A DNA stretch of 64,000 nt, from positions 45,662-109,661 of the forward strand of contig DASSAA010000004.1 in assembly GCA_035685745.1 (NCBI GenBank), written 5' to 3'. The stretch is from Sphingopyxis sp. (GTDB taxonomy: Bacteria; Pseudomonadota; Alphaproteobacteria; Sphingomonadales; Sphingomonadaceae). Below the pieces are notes generated by a model. That model ran no database searches. It saw nothing but the letters and a program-made list of their open reading frames with translations, and had not been told where the DNA came from. Shown piece after piece: positions 49,465 to 59,554 of the stretch (position 1 is its first letter; each line of letters begins with the position of its first letter). The translations under genes and the position numbers were made by a program.

Positions 49465-50343
49465 ATGGCCCGATTACCCCCGATCAGCAGCATGGAAGCC
49501 TTTCTGGAAGTGGCTCGTCATGGCACCGTGAAAGCGGCCGCTACCGAGCTTGGCCTGTCCATGCCTGCCCTATCTCGCCGTATCCAAACTTTGGAACATA
49601 GCGTCGGTCGTTTACTCTTTAATCGGCACCATCACGGGCTGAGCCTGACCGAAGCTGGCCGATCCCTTCAGGAAGATTTATCCCCGATTTTGGATGAATT
49701 GCGCGCGGCCATTTCTAAGGTGGGAAGCCCAGATGCCAAGTTGCGCCTGCGGCTGAACCTATTGCCGCTCTTTGCTCAGCAGCGTTTATTTCCCCATCTG
49801 CCAGACTTGCGCGCGCGCCACCCGGAACTTCATATCGATATCGATACCATGTCCCATGCCGAGACGCGTCTGGGCGATGGGATTGATGCCGCCATCGCGC
49901 TGGCCAAATCCATCGACCCCGCCCTTTATGCCGCACGGCTGGATCAGGATAAGATTTTCCCGATCGCATCGCGCGCACTAACGGATCAGGGCCGCCCTAT
50001 CACCGTGCCCGAGCAATTGCAGCGGACCACCATTTTGCTGCACCGCGAAATGCCCGAAACCTTCCGGGAATGGCGCAACGCCATCGGCATGCCCTATCTG
50101 GAGCCAGCCGGAACCGATTATTTTGATAGCGGCCCGCTGATGCTGGAAGCCGCGGCGCAAGGCATTGGCGTCGCCTTCATGCTGGGCCAACATTTTGGCG
50201 ATGCACAAGACGACCGCCTCACCCGCCTGTTCGATTATGATGTCGACAGCGCCTATAGCTATTGGTTCGTCTGCCGCCCCCGCGCGCTGCGCCAACCTGC
50301 GGTGAAATTATTTCACGACTGGCTTTTGGCCGCCAATATCTAA
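49465..50343 (+). CDS. LysR family transcriptional regulator
   Basis: N-terminal HTH MEAFLEVARHGTVKAAATELGLSMPALSRRIQTLE, followed by a LysR substrate-binding domain. Confidence 0.9.
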   Translation: MARLPPISSMEAFLEVARHGTVKAAATELGLSMPALSRRIQTLEHSVGRLLFNRHHHGLSLTEAGRSLQEDLSPILDELRAAISKVGSPDAKLRLRLNLLPLFAQQRLFPHLPDLRARHPELHIDIDTMSHAETRLGDGIDAAIALAKSIDPALYAARLDQDKIFPIASRALTDQGRPITVPEQLQRTTILLHREMPETFREWRNAIGMPYLEPAGTDYFDSGPLMLEAAAQGIGVAFMLGQHFGDAQDDRLTRLFDYDVDSAYSYWFVCRPRALRQPAVKLFHDWLLAANI

Positions 50344-50435
50344 ACCCCGTGATAATTTTATAAGGCCGCGCATCATCGGCTTCGTCTTGTGATCATCCCG
50401 GACTCATCCGATTGTGATCTTAAGAGGTTTTTTTG

Positions 50436-53400
50436 ATGCGCAACACTTTGCTGGCTTCCACCTGCCTGATGACCCTGATGGCGCTGCCCGCCTACGCCGA
50501 AACCGTGATCGGTTCGGCAACCACCACGCCGGTCAAGACCTCCACTGTCAATGGTGGCGCCGCAGACGATGTCAAAATCAGCAGCGCCGGTTCGGTGAAG
50601 CCCACTGGTGGCACCGCCGTTACGATCGACAGCGACAATGATGTTGTGAATGAAGGCACCATTCAGATCACCAACGTTGACGGCAGCACCGGTATCCATG
50701 CAGAAAATGGCATCACAGGCTCGATCACCAATGGCTCCAGCGGCAAAATCATCATCGATGAAAGCTATACTCCATCCGATAGTGATAATGATGGCGATCT
50801 GGACGGCCCCTTTGCTGTCGGCAACAATCGCACCGGTATTTCCACTGGCGGCACGTTTAACGGCAATATCACCAACAGCGGCTCGATCCAGATCCAAGGC
50901 AATGACAGCGCTGGCATTCGGCTTGGCGGGCCGCTGAACGGCAAATTTGTTAATGATGGCACGATCAATGTGGTCGGCGACAATGCGGTTGGCGTCGCGC
51001 TGGATGATGTGAACGGCGATGTCCGCTTGGCTGGCTCTATCACTGCCACGGGCGAAAATGCGCAAGCTGCCGTTGTTGGTGGCAATGTCAGCGGCGCATT
51101 GGAGGTGCAGGGTTCAATAACCTCCACCGGCTATCGCTATACCAAGGCACCCGCCGATCCTTCCAAGCTCGACAATGATGATCTGCTACAAGGAGGCCCC
51201 GCTCTCTCCGTAGAAGGCAATGTCGACGGCGGCATTATTTTTGCTGTTCCGCCCAAAGATTCTGATCCCAACAACAATGACGAAGATGCCGATGGCATTG
51301 AAGACAGCAAAGAAGGCAGCTCAGCCGTTCGCTCTTTCGGCAGCGCGCCCGCCGTTCGGATCGGATCAGACACGAACGACATCCAAATCGGCGCTGTCGC
51401 TGGCACCGGCACTGGCATGGGTATCGTCAATGACGGTATTATTGCCGGAAGCGGCGTCTATACGGGCGTTAGCGCCACCGGAATGCAGATTGGCGGCTTG
51501 GGCGGAAATGTCACCGTTGCGGGCGGCATTGGCAACAATGGCACCATCGGCGCCCTGTCGCTTGATCATGCTGCCACCGCAATCCGCATTGGCGCTGGTG
51601 CAACCCTGCCCGAAATTCGCAACAATGGGAAGATTGAAGCCATCACTGGCGGCAAATCCGCCGATGCCAACGCCACTGCCATTTTAATTGAGGCTGGTGC
51701 AGATGTCTCCACCATTAAAAATGGCGGCTCCATCACGGCAACAACCGGCGGCGAGAATGGCAGCGCCACCGCCATTCGCGATACATCTGGCAATGTCTCG
51801 CTGGTAGAAAATAGCGGCACGATCAGCGCAACTGGCGCGCCGGGCGAATCGGATCGCAATATCGCCATTGATCTTTCAGCCAACAATGGCGGCGCCACGA
51901 TCAAGCAAACAGCCGTGGCCAGCGACAAAAAGGCTCCCACCATCATCGGCGACATTCGCTTCGGCAACGGCAATGATGTGCTGGATATTGCCGACGGCAT
52001 CGTCAAGGGCGACAGCTTTTTCGGTGCGGGCGACAACAGCCTGAAACTGTCAGGCGATGGTATATATGAAGGCGGGCTCAACTTCGGCGCGGGCAATGAC
52101 AATGTCACCCTCAGCGGCACATCGCAGTTCAGCGGCGAAGCGGATTTTGGCGGCGGCAATGATGTTTTGACCATCAATGACAAAGCCATTTTCTCAGGCA
52201 CTTTGACCAATTCCGATAATCTTGCCGCCACTGTAAGCGGCGGTGTCTTTAATGTGCTGGGCGAAGCGAATATCGCCTCGCTCTCTGTCACCAACGGTGG
52301 CGGACTGGGCGTGACGCTGGGCGGCCCATCGGGCACGAGCTTGGTGGTCGCCGGTGACGCCAGCTTCGATGAGAACAGCCGCTTGATCCTGCAAATGAGC
52401 AATATCAAGGATGGTGAAGGTCAGCATGTCGTGCTGTCCGCGGGGTCGATCACGGGCGGCGACAATTTGGCAACCACATCGGATCTGCTGCCCTTTCTCT
52501 ATAAGGGCACGCTCAGCCAAAGCGCCACGCAAATCACCGTCGATGTTGCCCGCAAATCCACCGGCGAACTTGGCCTGAACCGTTCAGAATCATCGGCTTT
52601 TGATGCCATTATCGATGCCGCTGCGGGCGATAGCTTGGTGGAAGGCACAATTTTGTCGATCCGCGATGGCGAAACTTTCCGCAACAGCATCGGCCAGATG
52701 CTGCCGGAACATGAAGGTGGCGTGTTTGAAACGGTCACCTCCGGCTCGCGCGCTCTGTCCCGCTGGCTGATGGATCCCACGGCGCCTTATAAGGATGAAG
52801 GCAAATGGGGCTGGTTCGTGAATCAGGCGGTTTGGGGCACGTCCAAGAGCATCGGCGACACAGCCGGCTATGATGTCAGCGGCTGGGGTATTTCACTGGG
52901 CGCTGAAATCAAAACCAACGCTGGTAATTTCGGCGGCGCCGTCGCCTTTTTGGGCGGCAAGGATGGCAATGGCGCCAACAGCAATGAAGTTTCCACCAAT
53001 CAGTGGGAAGGCGCGCTGCATTGGCGCTTGGCCAGCAATGGCTTCCTCGCCCATGCCCGTGTCTCTGGCGCGCCGATCAGCCTGCGCGGAACGCGTATCT
53101 TCAATGCCGTTGAAGGGGCCGAGGCCAAAGATAAAACGATGAAGGGCAAGTGGAACGCCACGCTTTACTCCGCATCAGGCGGCGTGGCCTATGACGCCCG
53201 CGCTGGTGGGCTGACCATTCGCCCCGCCCTGTCGGTCGATTATTATAAACTGTCGGAAGATGCCTATCAGGAAACCGGTGGCGGTAAGGCGCTCGACCTC
53301 GCCGTCAGCGCGCGCGACAGTGATGAACTGGCGGTCAGCGGCACCGTCGCATTGGGCATGCAATTTGGTGGCAATGATATTTACGACGGTTTCACCCGCT

Positions 53401-53639
53401 TTGAACTGGAAGCGGGTCGCCGTGAAATCGTGAGCGGCTCACTCGGCACCACCACGGCCTCTTTCGAAGGAGGCAATCCTTTTGAGCTGACCCCGGATCA
53501 GCGCACATCGGGCTGGATTGGCCGCCTGCGCGGCGTCGCTGGGAACAGCGCATTCCAATTTGGCGGTGAACTTTCCGCTGAAGAACAGCAGGGCCACACC
53601 GCTTGGGCGGTGCGCGCCAGCCTGCGTCTGGGCTTGTAA
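50436..53639 (+). CDS. Autotransporter (type Va) with beta-helical passenger and C-terminal beta-barrel
   Basis: Signal peptide LMALPAYAE. About 750 aa of G/N/I-rich 20-25-aa repeats (e.g. NEGTIQITN, NSGSIQIQGN, NDGTINVVGDN, NNGTIGAL, NSGTISATG). The C-terminal roughly 280 aa have alternating aromatic/Gly barrel strands. Confidence 0.85.
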   Translation: MRNTLLASTCLMTLMALPAYAETVIGSATTTPVKTSTVNGGAADDVKISSAGSVKPTGGTAVTIDSDNDVVNEGTIQITNVDGSTGIHAENGITGSITNGSSGKIIIDESYTPSDSDNDGDLDGPFAVGNNRTGISTGGTFNGNITNSGSIQIQGNDSAGIRLGGPLNGKFVNDGTINVVGDNAVGVALDDVNGDVRLAGSITATGENAQAAVVGGNVSGALEVQGSITSTGYRYTKAPADPSKLDNDDLLQGGPALSVEGNVDGGIIFAVPPKDSDPNNNDEDADGIEDSKEGSSAVRSFGSAPAVRIGSDTNDIQIGAVAGTGTGMGIVNDGIIAGSGVYTGVSATGMQIGGLGGNVTVAGGIGNNGTIGALSLDHAATAIRIGAGATLPEIRNNGKIEAITGGKSADANATAILIEAGADVSTIKNGGSITATTGGENGSATAIRDTSGNVSLVENSGTISATGAPGESDRNIAIDLSANNGGATIKQTAVASDKKAPTIIGDIRFGNGNDVLDIADGIVKGDSFFGAGDNSLKLSGDGIYEGGLNFGAGNDNVTLSGTSQFSGEADFGGGNDVLTINDKAIFSGTLTNSDNLAATVSGGVFNVLGEANIASLSVTNGGGLGVTLGGPSGTSLVVAGDASFDENSRLILQMSNIKDGEGQHVVLSAGSITGGDNLATTSDLLPFLYKGTLSQSATQITVDVARKSTGELGLNRSESSAFDAIIDAAAGDSLVEGTILSIRDGETFRNSIGQMLPEHEGGVFETVTSGSRALSRWLMDPTAPYKDEGKWGWFVNQAVWGTSKSIGDTAGYDVSGWGISLGAEIKTNAGNFGGAVAFLGGKDGNGANSNEVSTNQWEGALHWRLASNGFLAHARVSGAPISLRGTRIFNAVEGAEAKDKTMKGKWNATLYSASGGVAYDARAGGLTIRPALSVDYYKLSEDAYQETGGGKALDLAVSARDSDELAVSGTVALGMQFGGNDIYDGFTRFELEAGRREIVSGSLGTTTASFEGGNPFELTPDQRTSGWIGRLRGVAGNSAFQFGGELSAEEQQGHTAWAVRASLRLGL

Positions 53640-53848
53640 AAATCATGGCGGCGGCAGCGCTCATCCCAAAGGCCGATAACGGCCATGTGGTGGGCGCTGC
53701 CGCCCTATGCTTTGCACGCGCCCGACATGTGCGGTTGCGCCGCTGCCACGCAACGTTATATGTGGGCGCGGCAGTTGCCAAAGGCTCACCATATCGAGCG
53801 AACTATTCGCTGCGCGAGCGGCCGGATCGGTTCGCCAGAATCATTGGG

Positions 53849-54388
53849 ATGCAAAGCAATAATTCCATGACTGATGCCCCCTCTGATCCTCAGGAAAAAT
53901 CAGGCATAGCTGGCGTCTTATTGGCTCACCGCCCCCGAATTTTGCACTTTCTGCGCCTGCGCGGCGCTGCCGATGCAGCCGAAGATTTATTTCAGGAACT
54001 GTGGCTACGGCTCAGCCAACGGGAAAGCGACGATATTGCAGACCCGCTCTCTTATGTGATGCGCGCTGCCAACAATCTGATGCTGGATCGCTATCGCTCC
54101 AATCGCCAACGGGAATTACGCGATACGGCATGGGGTGAATTGCGGAGCGTGACGGAGGCAAGCGCCGAGAATCAGGTGATCGCTCAACAACAGCTTGCCC
54201 AACTGCAAAATGCCATCGCTGCGGTCGGCGCCCGCCCCGCCCGCATTTTCTATCGTTTTCGCTTTGATGCGATACCTCAAAAAGATATTGCTGCCGAAAT
54301 GGCGATCAGCCTGAGCACGGTCGAGGCTGATCTGCGCAAAGTATATGCTGCAATCGCTGCCATAAGGAGGCAGTTTGATGCCCAATAA
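53849..54388 (+). CDS. ECF (sigma-70 family) sigma factor, FecI-like
   Basis: Region 2 is AEDLFQELWLRL and region 4 is QKDIAAEMAISLSTVEADLRKV. Start taken at MQSNNSM. The ORF extension from 53603 overlaps the autotransporter's end. Confidence 0.85.
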   Translation: MQSNNSMTDAPSDPQEKSGIAGVLLAHRPRILHFLRLRGAADAAEDLFQELWLRLSQRESDDIADPLSYVMRAANNLMLDRYRSNRQRELRDTAWGELRSVTEASAENQVIAQQQLAQLQNAIAAVGARPARIFYRFRFDAIPQKDIAAEMAISLSTVEADLRKVYAAIAAIRRQFDAQ

Positions 54389-55391
54389 ATCGCGCGCCCT
54401 CCATGCGCTATCGCCCACTGAAGCGGCACGCGAAAGCGCCGCCATCGGCTGGATGATCCAGCAACGTGATCCCGGTTTTTCAAATTGGGATGGCTTCACA
54501 ACATGGTTGGAAGAGGCCCCGGAAAATAGCGCCGCTTATGATTTTGTGGCGGCGATGGATGATATTTTGTCAGACCTTGCATCCACACCCGCACCCGCGC
54601 CCATCCCTCTGCCCCCAATTGCGGCCAATGACGATCATATCGCGGCTGACACGCCCGCAACTGATAGCCGCAGGCGCGCGTCTCGCCGCTGGTTCGGCGG
54701 CGCCATCGCGGCGGCGCTGGTAGCGGCAATCGCATTGCCTTATGCTGGGGGCTTGTTCGGCGGCGATATACGCCGGATCGAGACCAGCGCAGGCCAGTCA
54801 AAAAGCATCACATTGGCCGATGGATCGCGCATAGATCTGAACGGCAGCAGTCTTTTGGAACTGGATGATCGCCGCCCACGCTATGCCCACTTGGCAAGCG
54901 GAGAGGCCATGTTTCATATCATCCACCAGAAAAACTCCCCTTTTGAGGTGGAATCAGGTGGCGCGCGGATTATCGATTTGGGCACGGCTTTCAATGTCTT
55001 GCGCACAGATGATGCCACATCCGTTTCGGTGTCCGAAGGATTGGTTGTTTTTAATCCGGATAGCGACAATGTGCGGATGCAGGCTGGCCAAGCTGTGAAG
55101 GCCGCCGATAATCGCACAACAAAACCCAAGGCTGAGCCTGTCGATATCGCCACTGTGGGGGGATGGCGCAATGGGCTGCTCGTCTATAATGGTGCCCCGC
55201 TCTCGGTGGTCATCGCGGATCTGCATCGCGCCACCGGCATGGACATCAGTGTTTCGGCTGATGCCGCAGATCTGCCCTTTCGCGGCGCTCTCACCATTGA
55301 TCCCGATGGCCAGCGCACCATAGAGGATCTGGCGACCTTATCTGGCACCCGAATGCTGAAAACGGGCCGGGGCTGGATGCTATCGCGATAA
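54378..55391 (+). CDS. FecR family anti-sigma / transmembrane sensor
   Basis: N-terminal anti-sigma region, a TM helix (GGAIAAALVAAIAL), and a FecR domain (ITLADGSRIDLNGSSLLE ... GEAMFHI). It overlaps the sigma gene by 11 nt. Confidence 0.85.
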   Translation: MPNKSRALHALSPTEAARESAAIGWMIQQRDPGFSNWDGFTTWLEEAPENSAAYDFVAAMDDILSDLASTPAPAPIPLPPIAANDDHIAADTPATDSRRRASRRWFGGAIAAALVAAIALPYAGGLFGGDIRRIETSAGQSKSITLADGSRIDLNGSSLLELDDRRPRYAHLASGEAMFHIIHQKNSPFEVESGGARIIDLGTAFNVLRTDDATSVSVSEGLVVFNPDSDNVRMQAGQAVKAADNRTTKPKAEPVDIATVGGWRNGLLVYNGAPLSVVIADLHRATGMDISVSADAADLPFRGALTIDPDGQRTIEDLATLSGTRMLKTGRGWMLSR

Positions 55392-55396
55392 CATTC

Positions 55397-57817
55397 ATGC
55401 GCCGCTTCGCTGCCCTGATTGTGATGAGTGTGCCGATCGCTGCGCCAGCGGCGGCTCAAGAAACACGCAATTTTCAGATTCCCGGCGGCCCTCTCTCGGC
55501 CAATATCGCCGCGCTCTCAAAGCAGGGGGATATCAGCATCAGCGTCGCGGAAGCAGGCCTATGGACCATTGAGGTGCGGCCCGTAAATGGGCGCATGAGC
55601 GTGGATCGTGCGCTCGCTCGCCTGCTCAGCCGCACGGGGGCACGGGCGGTTCGCCTCACCGCCACCAGTTGGCGCATTGAGCCTGCCTCGCGCGCCCAGT
55701 CTCGACAGAAGAAGGGCCGCGGCCATCCCCCCGCATCGCGCAATGCCGCGGTTCGTCATCAGGTAGCGGATCCGGCCGACGATATTATCGTGACCGCCAG
55801 CAAAGCCGATCTGCCCGCCAGCCATTATGCCGGCACCGCAACTTTGATCGGCCATGAGCAATTGAGCTTCGGCGGCGAGCGTGGCACCGAAAGCCTTCTG
55901 CGCCATGCCGGAACATTATCCTCCACCCATTTGGGCGCGGGCCGCAACAAATTGTTCATTCGCGGTATCGCCGATTCCAGCTTCACCGGCCCCACACAAT
56001 CCACTGTCGGGCAATATCTGGGCGATATTCGCCTTAGCTATAATGCACCCGATCCCGATCTGCGCCTTTATGATCTGGATGGGGTGGAGGTGGTAGAGGG
56101 ACCGCAAGGCACGCTTTATGGCGCCGGATCGCTGGGCGGCATCATAAGGCTGGTGCCCCGCGCGCCGAATCCAGACGTCAGCGAATATCAGGCCATCGCA
56201 GGGGTCAGCCTCACCCAACATGGCCAGCCCGGCGGCGATATTGCTGCCATCATCAACATGCCCATCGCACAAAATCATCATGGCGGCGGCCATGCTTTGC
56301 GTCTTGTGGGCTATATGATCTCTGACGGCGGCTATATTGATAATCCCTTGCTCGGCCAAAAGGATGTGAACCGCACCCGCGTGCGCGGCACACGCGCCAG
56401 TTTGCGCCTGCAACCTTCCGAAAAATTCACCATCGATGTCGGCGGTATTTATCAACATATCCAATCCGATGATGCGCAATATGCGGATCGCGGATCGGAT
56501 GATTTGTCGCGCAAATCCTTTGTCGTTCAGCCTGCTTCGGCACGCTATGCGATGGCCAGTCTGGTTCTGACCCGCGAATTGGGTGATCTGGAACTGCAAA
56601 GCAGCAACGCCTATATCCGGCACAAATTATCGGAACGCTTTGACGCCAGCCTCACCACAGCGACGCCCCGTGCAATGAACCAGCATAATGATACGCGCAT
56701 GTGGGTCAGCGAAACGCGTTTATCCCGGCCATTTTTCGATGGATTGGGCTGGGTCGCCGGATTAAGCTATATCGATAATCGCGCAGAGCAGCGCCGCGAA
56801 GACCGGATGCTTGCGCTCCGCTTGCCGCGCACTGGTGTCAGCAATCATGTGCAGGAATTTACCGGCTATGGCACGATCACCGCCGCCATCACGCCCCGGC
56901 TGATCGCAACCGGCGGCATACGCCTTTCGCACAGCCGGTTGAGCGGGGAAGGTAAAGATGTTGCGGCGCCCATATTATCGGCCATGGCATGGCGCGGCAT
57001 CACCGCCAACCGCAAGCAAACCGATATTCTTCCGGCCGCATCCCTACTCTATTCTGCCACCGAAAATCTTCGTTTTTATGCCAGCTATGGGCAAGGCTTC
57101 CGTCCGGGTGGACTCGCCATATCAGACGATTATGTCCGCCGTTTCCAGCATGATCGGGTGAAAACATGGGAAGCAGGGGTGCGCTTTGCGGATCATCACC
57201 GCGCGCCTGTGCAGGCGTCCTTGTCGCTCTCCCACAGCCATTGGCGCGATATTCAAGCCGATTATATCGATGCATCCGGCTTTCCCTCCACCGAAAATAT
57301 CGGCGATGGCCGTATCACCAGCCTATCGGCTTCCATCATCTATCGGGCCACGCCAGAACTAACACTGGAAGCAGGCGGCCTTTATAATCATAGCCGGGTG
57401 CAAAGCCAAATCCGTCCGCTGGGCGGGGCTGGCGGCAATGGCCATGCGAGCAGTCTTGCGCCCGAACGATTGGGCCAAATTCCCAATGTCGCCCGCTATA
57501 TGTTGCGCACATCGGCCACCTATGCCGTGCCGCTGGGCCGCCGCGATCTGCGCATCAATGGATGGGCGCAATATATCGGGCCATCACGCCTTGGTATCGG
57601 GCCAATTCTGGGGGAAGCACAGGGCAATTATCTCGATAGCGGATTGGCTCTGCGCTATGGTGATGAGCATCGCGGCCTGTCGCTAACTCTCACCAATCCC
57701 CTCGATGTTCGTGGCAACCGTTTCGCACTGGGCACGCCTTTCAACGATTTCTCTCAGGGCTTCACCACGCCGCTCCGCCCACGCAGCCTGCGTCTCGCGG
57801 TGGATATTTCCTATTAA
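55397..57817 (+). CDS. TonB-dependent transducer (FecA-like, with N-terminal STN signalling domain)
   Basis: STN-like FQIPGGPLSANIAALSKQGDISISV...RALARLLSRTG, the TonB box/plug DIIVTASK, and VEVVEGPQGTLYGAGSLGGIIRL. Confidence 0.9.
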   Translation: MRRFAALIVMSVPIAAPAAAQETRNFQIPGGPLSANIAALSKQGDISISVAEAGLWTIEVRPVNGRMSVDRALARLLSRTGARAVRLTATSWRIEPASRAQSRQKKGRGHPPASRNAAVRHQVADPADDIIVTASKADLPASHYAGTATLIGHEQLSFGGERGTESLLRHAGTLSSTHLGAGRNKLFIRGIADSSFTGPTQSTVGQYLGDIRLSYNAPDPDLRLYDLDGVEVVEGPQGTLYGAGSLGGIIRLVPRAPNPDVSEYQAIAGVSLTQHGQPGGDIAAIINMPIAQNHHGGGHALRLVGYMISDGGYIDNPLLGQKDVNRTRVRGTRASLRLQPSEKFTIDVGGIYQHIQSDDAQYADRGSDDLSRKSFVVQPASARYAMASLVLTRELGDLELQSSNAYIRHKLSERFDASLTTATPRAMNQHNDTRMWVSETRLSRPFFDGLGWVAGLSYIDNRAEQRREDRMLALRLPRTGVSNHVQEFTGYGTITAAITPRLIATGGIRLSHSRLSGEGKDVAAPILSAMAWRGITANRKQTDILPAASLLYSATENLRFYASYGQGFRPGGLAISDDYVRRFQHDRVKTWEAGVRFADHHRAPVQASLSLSHSHWRDIQADYIDASGFPSTENIGDGRITSLSASIIYRATPELTLEAGGLYNHSRVQSQIRPLGGAGGNGHASSLAPERLGQIPNVARYMLRTSATYAVPLGRRDLRINGWAQYIGPSRLGIGPILGEAQGNYLDSGLALRYGDEHRGLSLTLTNPLDVRGNRFALGTPFNDFSQGFTTPLRPRSLRLAVDISY

Positions 57818-57936
57818 AAATCCCGAATTCACGCATTCCCTAATATATCCATCTGCTTGTTATATCGGGGTTTCAGGGAAATAATGCGTCTTTGTCTCGA
57901 TCAAATCTCCGCTAGAGCTTTGGTCACGGCCCATCT

Positions 57937-59487
57937 ATGATTGCGCCTGAAGGGAAACATCCATTGCTATCCTTGGCCAAGGCCGCTCAACGCCGCATTC
58001 TTTATCCATTTGCCAGTGCCACCGCCTTGCTTTTGCTTGTCGGCAGTTGCTCGGCCTATGATGAAGGCGGCCCGGTGCGTGTGGCCGCCATTGGCGAAGT
58101 GGAAAAAAGCGCCAATCTTGCCAAAGGCAAAGTGTCCAGCGCGACGATGGTGTTGCTGGACGCAACAGCGCAGGGGCTCGTCAGCTTTGATGGCGAGGGC
58201 CAGATAGAGCCGGGCCTTGCCGAACGCTGGACGGTAACCGCCGATGGCCGCAGCTATATTTTCCGCATCCGCGAGGCAAAATGGCCCAATGGAAAAAAAG
58301 TGACCGCTCAGCAGGTCGCCGCAGCACTGAAATCCTATCTGGCTCCTCGTAGCCGCCATCCCCTGCGCGAAGATTTTGTTGAGGTGGAAAATATCCATGC
58401 GATGACAGACAGCGTGATTGAAATCCGCCTCTCTGTGCCTCAACCCTTTATTTTAGAATTATTGGCCCAGCCCGCCATGGCCATCGCCGCCCCCGGATCG
58501 GATTGGGATCGTGGCTGGGGGCCGATGCGGGTCCATCCGCGCGGCAATATGCTGCGCTTCACGCCAATCGCGGATCCGCTGGCGGAAGATACAGAGGCCG
58601 CCGAAGCACGGGCCAATGATCCGGCCCGTTCCGTCGATATGATCGCCACCACCGCCCCGCGCGCGCTGGCCCGCTTCAAAAATGGCTATGCGGATGCAGT
58701 GCTTGGCGGCAGCTATGCCACCCTGCCCTATTTCCAATCATCCGGCATTGCCCGCAACCGTTTGCTGATTGATCCGGTCGCCGGATTGTTCGGCCTCGCC
58801 TTTGCCAATGATGATGGTTTTCTGGCCGAACCCGCCCACCGGGCTGCGCTGGCCAGTCTCATTCGCGCCGACCGATTGATCAAGGCTTTTGACCTCTCCG
58901 ATTGGCTGCCGCAATCTGGCCTGCGCCCAGCTGCAACCGGCCGCAGTGCCCTGACGACGGCGCCTGTCCCCACATGGACGACCGAGGAAGAAGAATCGCG
59001 CCTGTCAGGCACTCGTCAATTGATCAGCCAATGGAAAGCAGATGGCCACAGCATGGCACCTTTGCGGATCGCCCTGCCCGATGGTCCCGGCTCGCTGATC
59101 CTCTTTGCCTATATCGCCGCCGATCTCGCACGCGCCGATGTGAAGGCCGTCCGGGTCGGCCTTGATGCGCCGGCAGATTTGCGTCTGATTGATGAAGTGG
59201 CACCCAATGATGATGCCATATGGCCGATCCGGCGCCTCAATTGCCGCGCCGACACTTTGTGCAGCGAAAGCCTTGCCGCCCAGATCGATAAAGCCAATGC
59301 CCATATCGACAATGGCCAGCGGCTGGAATTGATCGCGGAAACCGAAGCGCAAATGATGCAATATGCCGCCTTCATCCCGCTCGCCGTGCCCCTGCGCTGG
59401 TCTGTCACATCCCTGCGCCTCACAGGGCTTCGGCCCAACAGCCGCGCCCACCACCCATTGAACCGGCTGATCGCTACCCCCAATTAA
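57937..59487 (+). CDS. Family-5 (peptide/nickel-type) ABC substrate-binding lipoprotein, orphan
   Basis: Lipobox LLVGSCS, plus SBP_bac_5-like GLVSFDGEGQIEPGLAERWTVTADGRSYIFRIR. No permease or ATPase genes are adjacent. Confidence 0.75.
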   Translation: MIAPEGKHPLLSLAKAAQRRILYPFASATALLLLVGSCSAYDEGGPVRVAAIGEVEKSANLAKGKVSSATMVLLDATAQGLVSFDGEGQIEPGLAERWTVTADGRSYIFRIREAKWPNGKKVTAQQVAAALKSYLAPRSRHPLREDFVEVENIHAMTDSVIEIRLSVPQPFILELLAQPAMAIAAPGSDWDRGWGPMRVHPRGNMLRFTPIADPLAEDTEAAEARANDPARSVDMIATTAPRALARFKNGYADAVLGGSYATLPYFQSSGIARNRLLIDPVAGLFGLAFANDDGFLAEPAHRAALASLIRADRLIKAFDLSDWLPQSGLRPAATGRSALTTAPVPTWTTEEEESRLSGTRQLISQWKADGHSMAPLRIALPDGPGSLILFAYIAADLARADVKAVRVGLDAPADLRLIDEVAPNDDAIWPIRRLNCRADTLCSESLAAQIDKANAHIDNGQRLELIAETEAQMMQYAAFIPLAVPLRWSVTSLRLTGLRPNSRAHHPLNRLIATPN

Positions 59488-59511
59488 GGCGGTGCGGCCT
59501 CTCCCCGCCGC

Positions 59512-59544
59512 GCCTGAAGAAAGCCTGAAGAAAGCCTGAAGAAA
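59512..59544. repeat. Perfect 11-bp x 3 tandem repeat (GCCTGAAGAAA)
   Basis: Read directly from the sequence: GCCTGAAGAAA GCCTGAAGAAA GCCTGAAGAAA. It ends 10 nt before the DUF4112 ATG. Confidence 0.95.
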
Positions 59545-59554
59545 GATTGAGCGC

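Noticed and set aside
50373-52408. Minus-strand ORFs 50373-51065 and 51566-52408, opposite the autotransporter gene.
   Set aside because: They are low-complexity mirror frames of the Gly/Asn/Ile repeat region. They have no start context or motifs.
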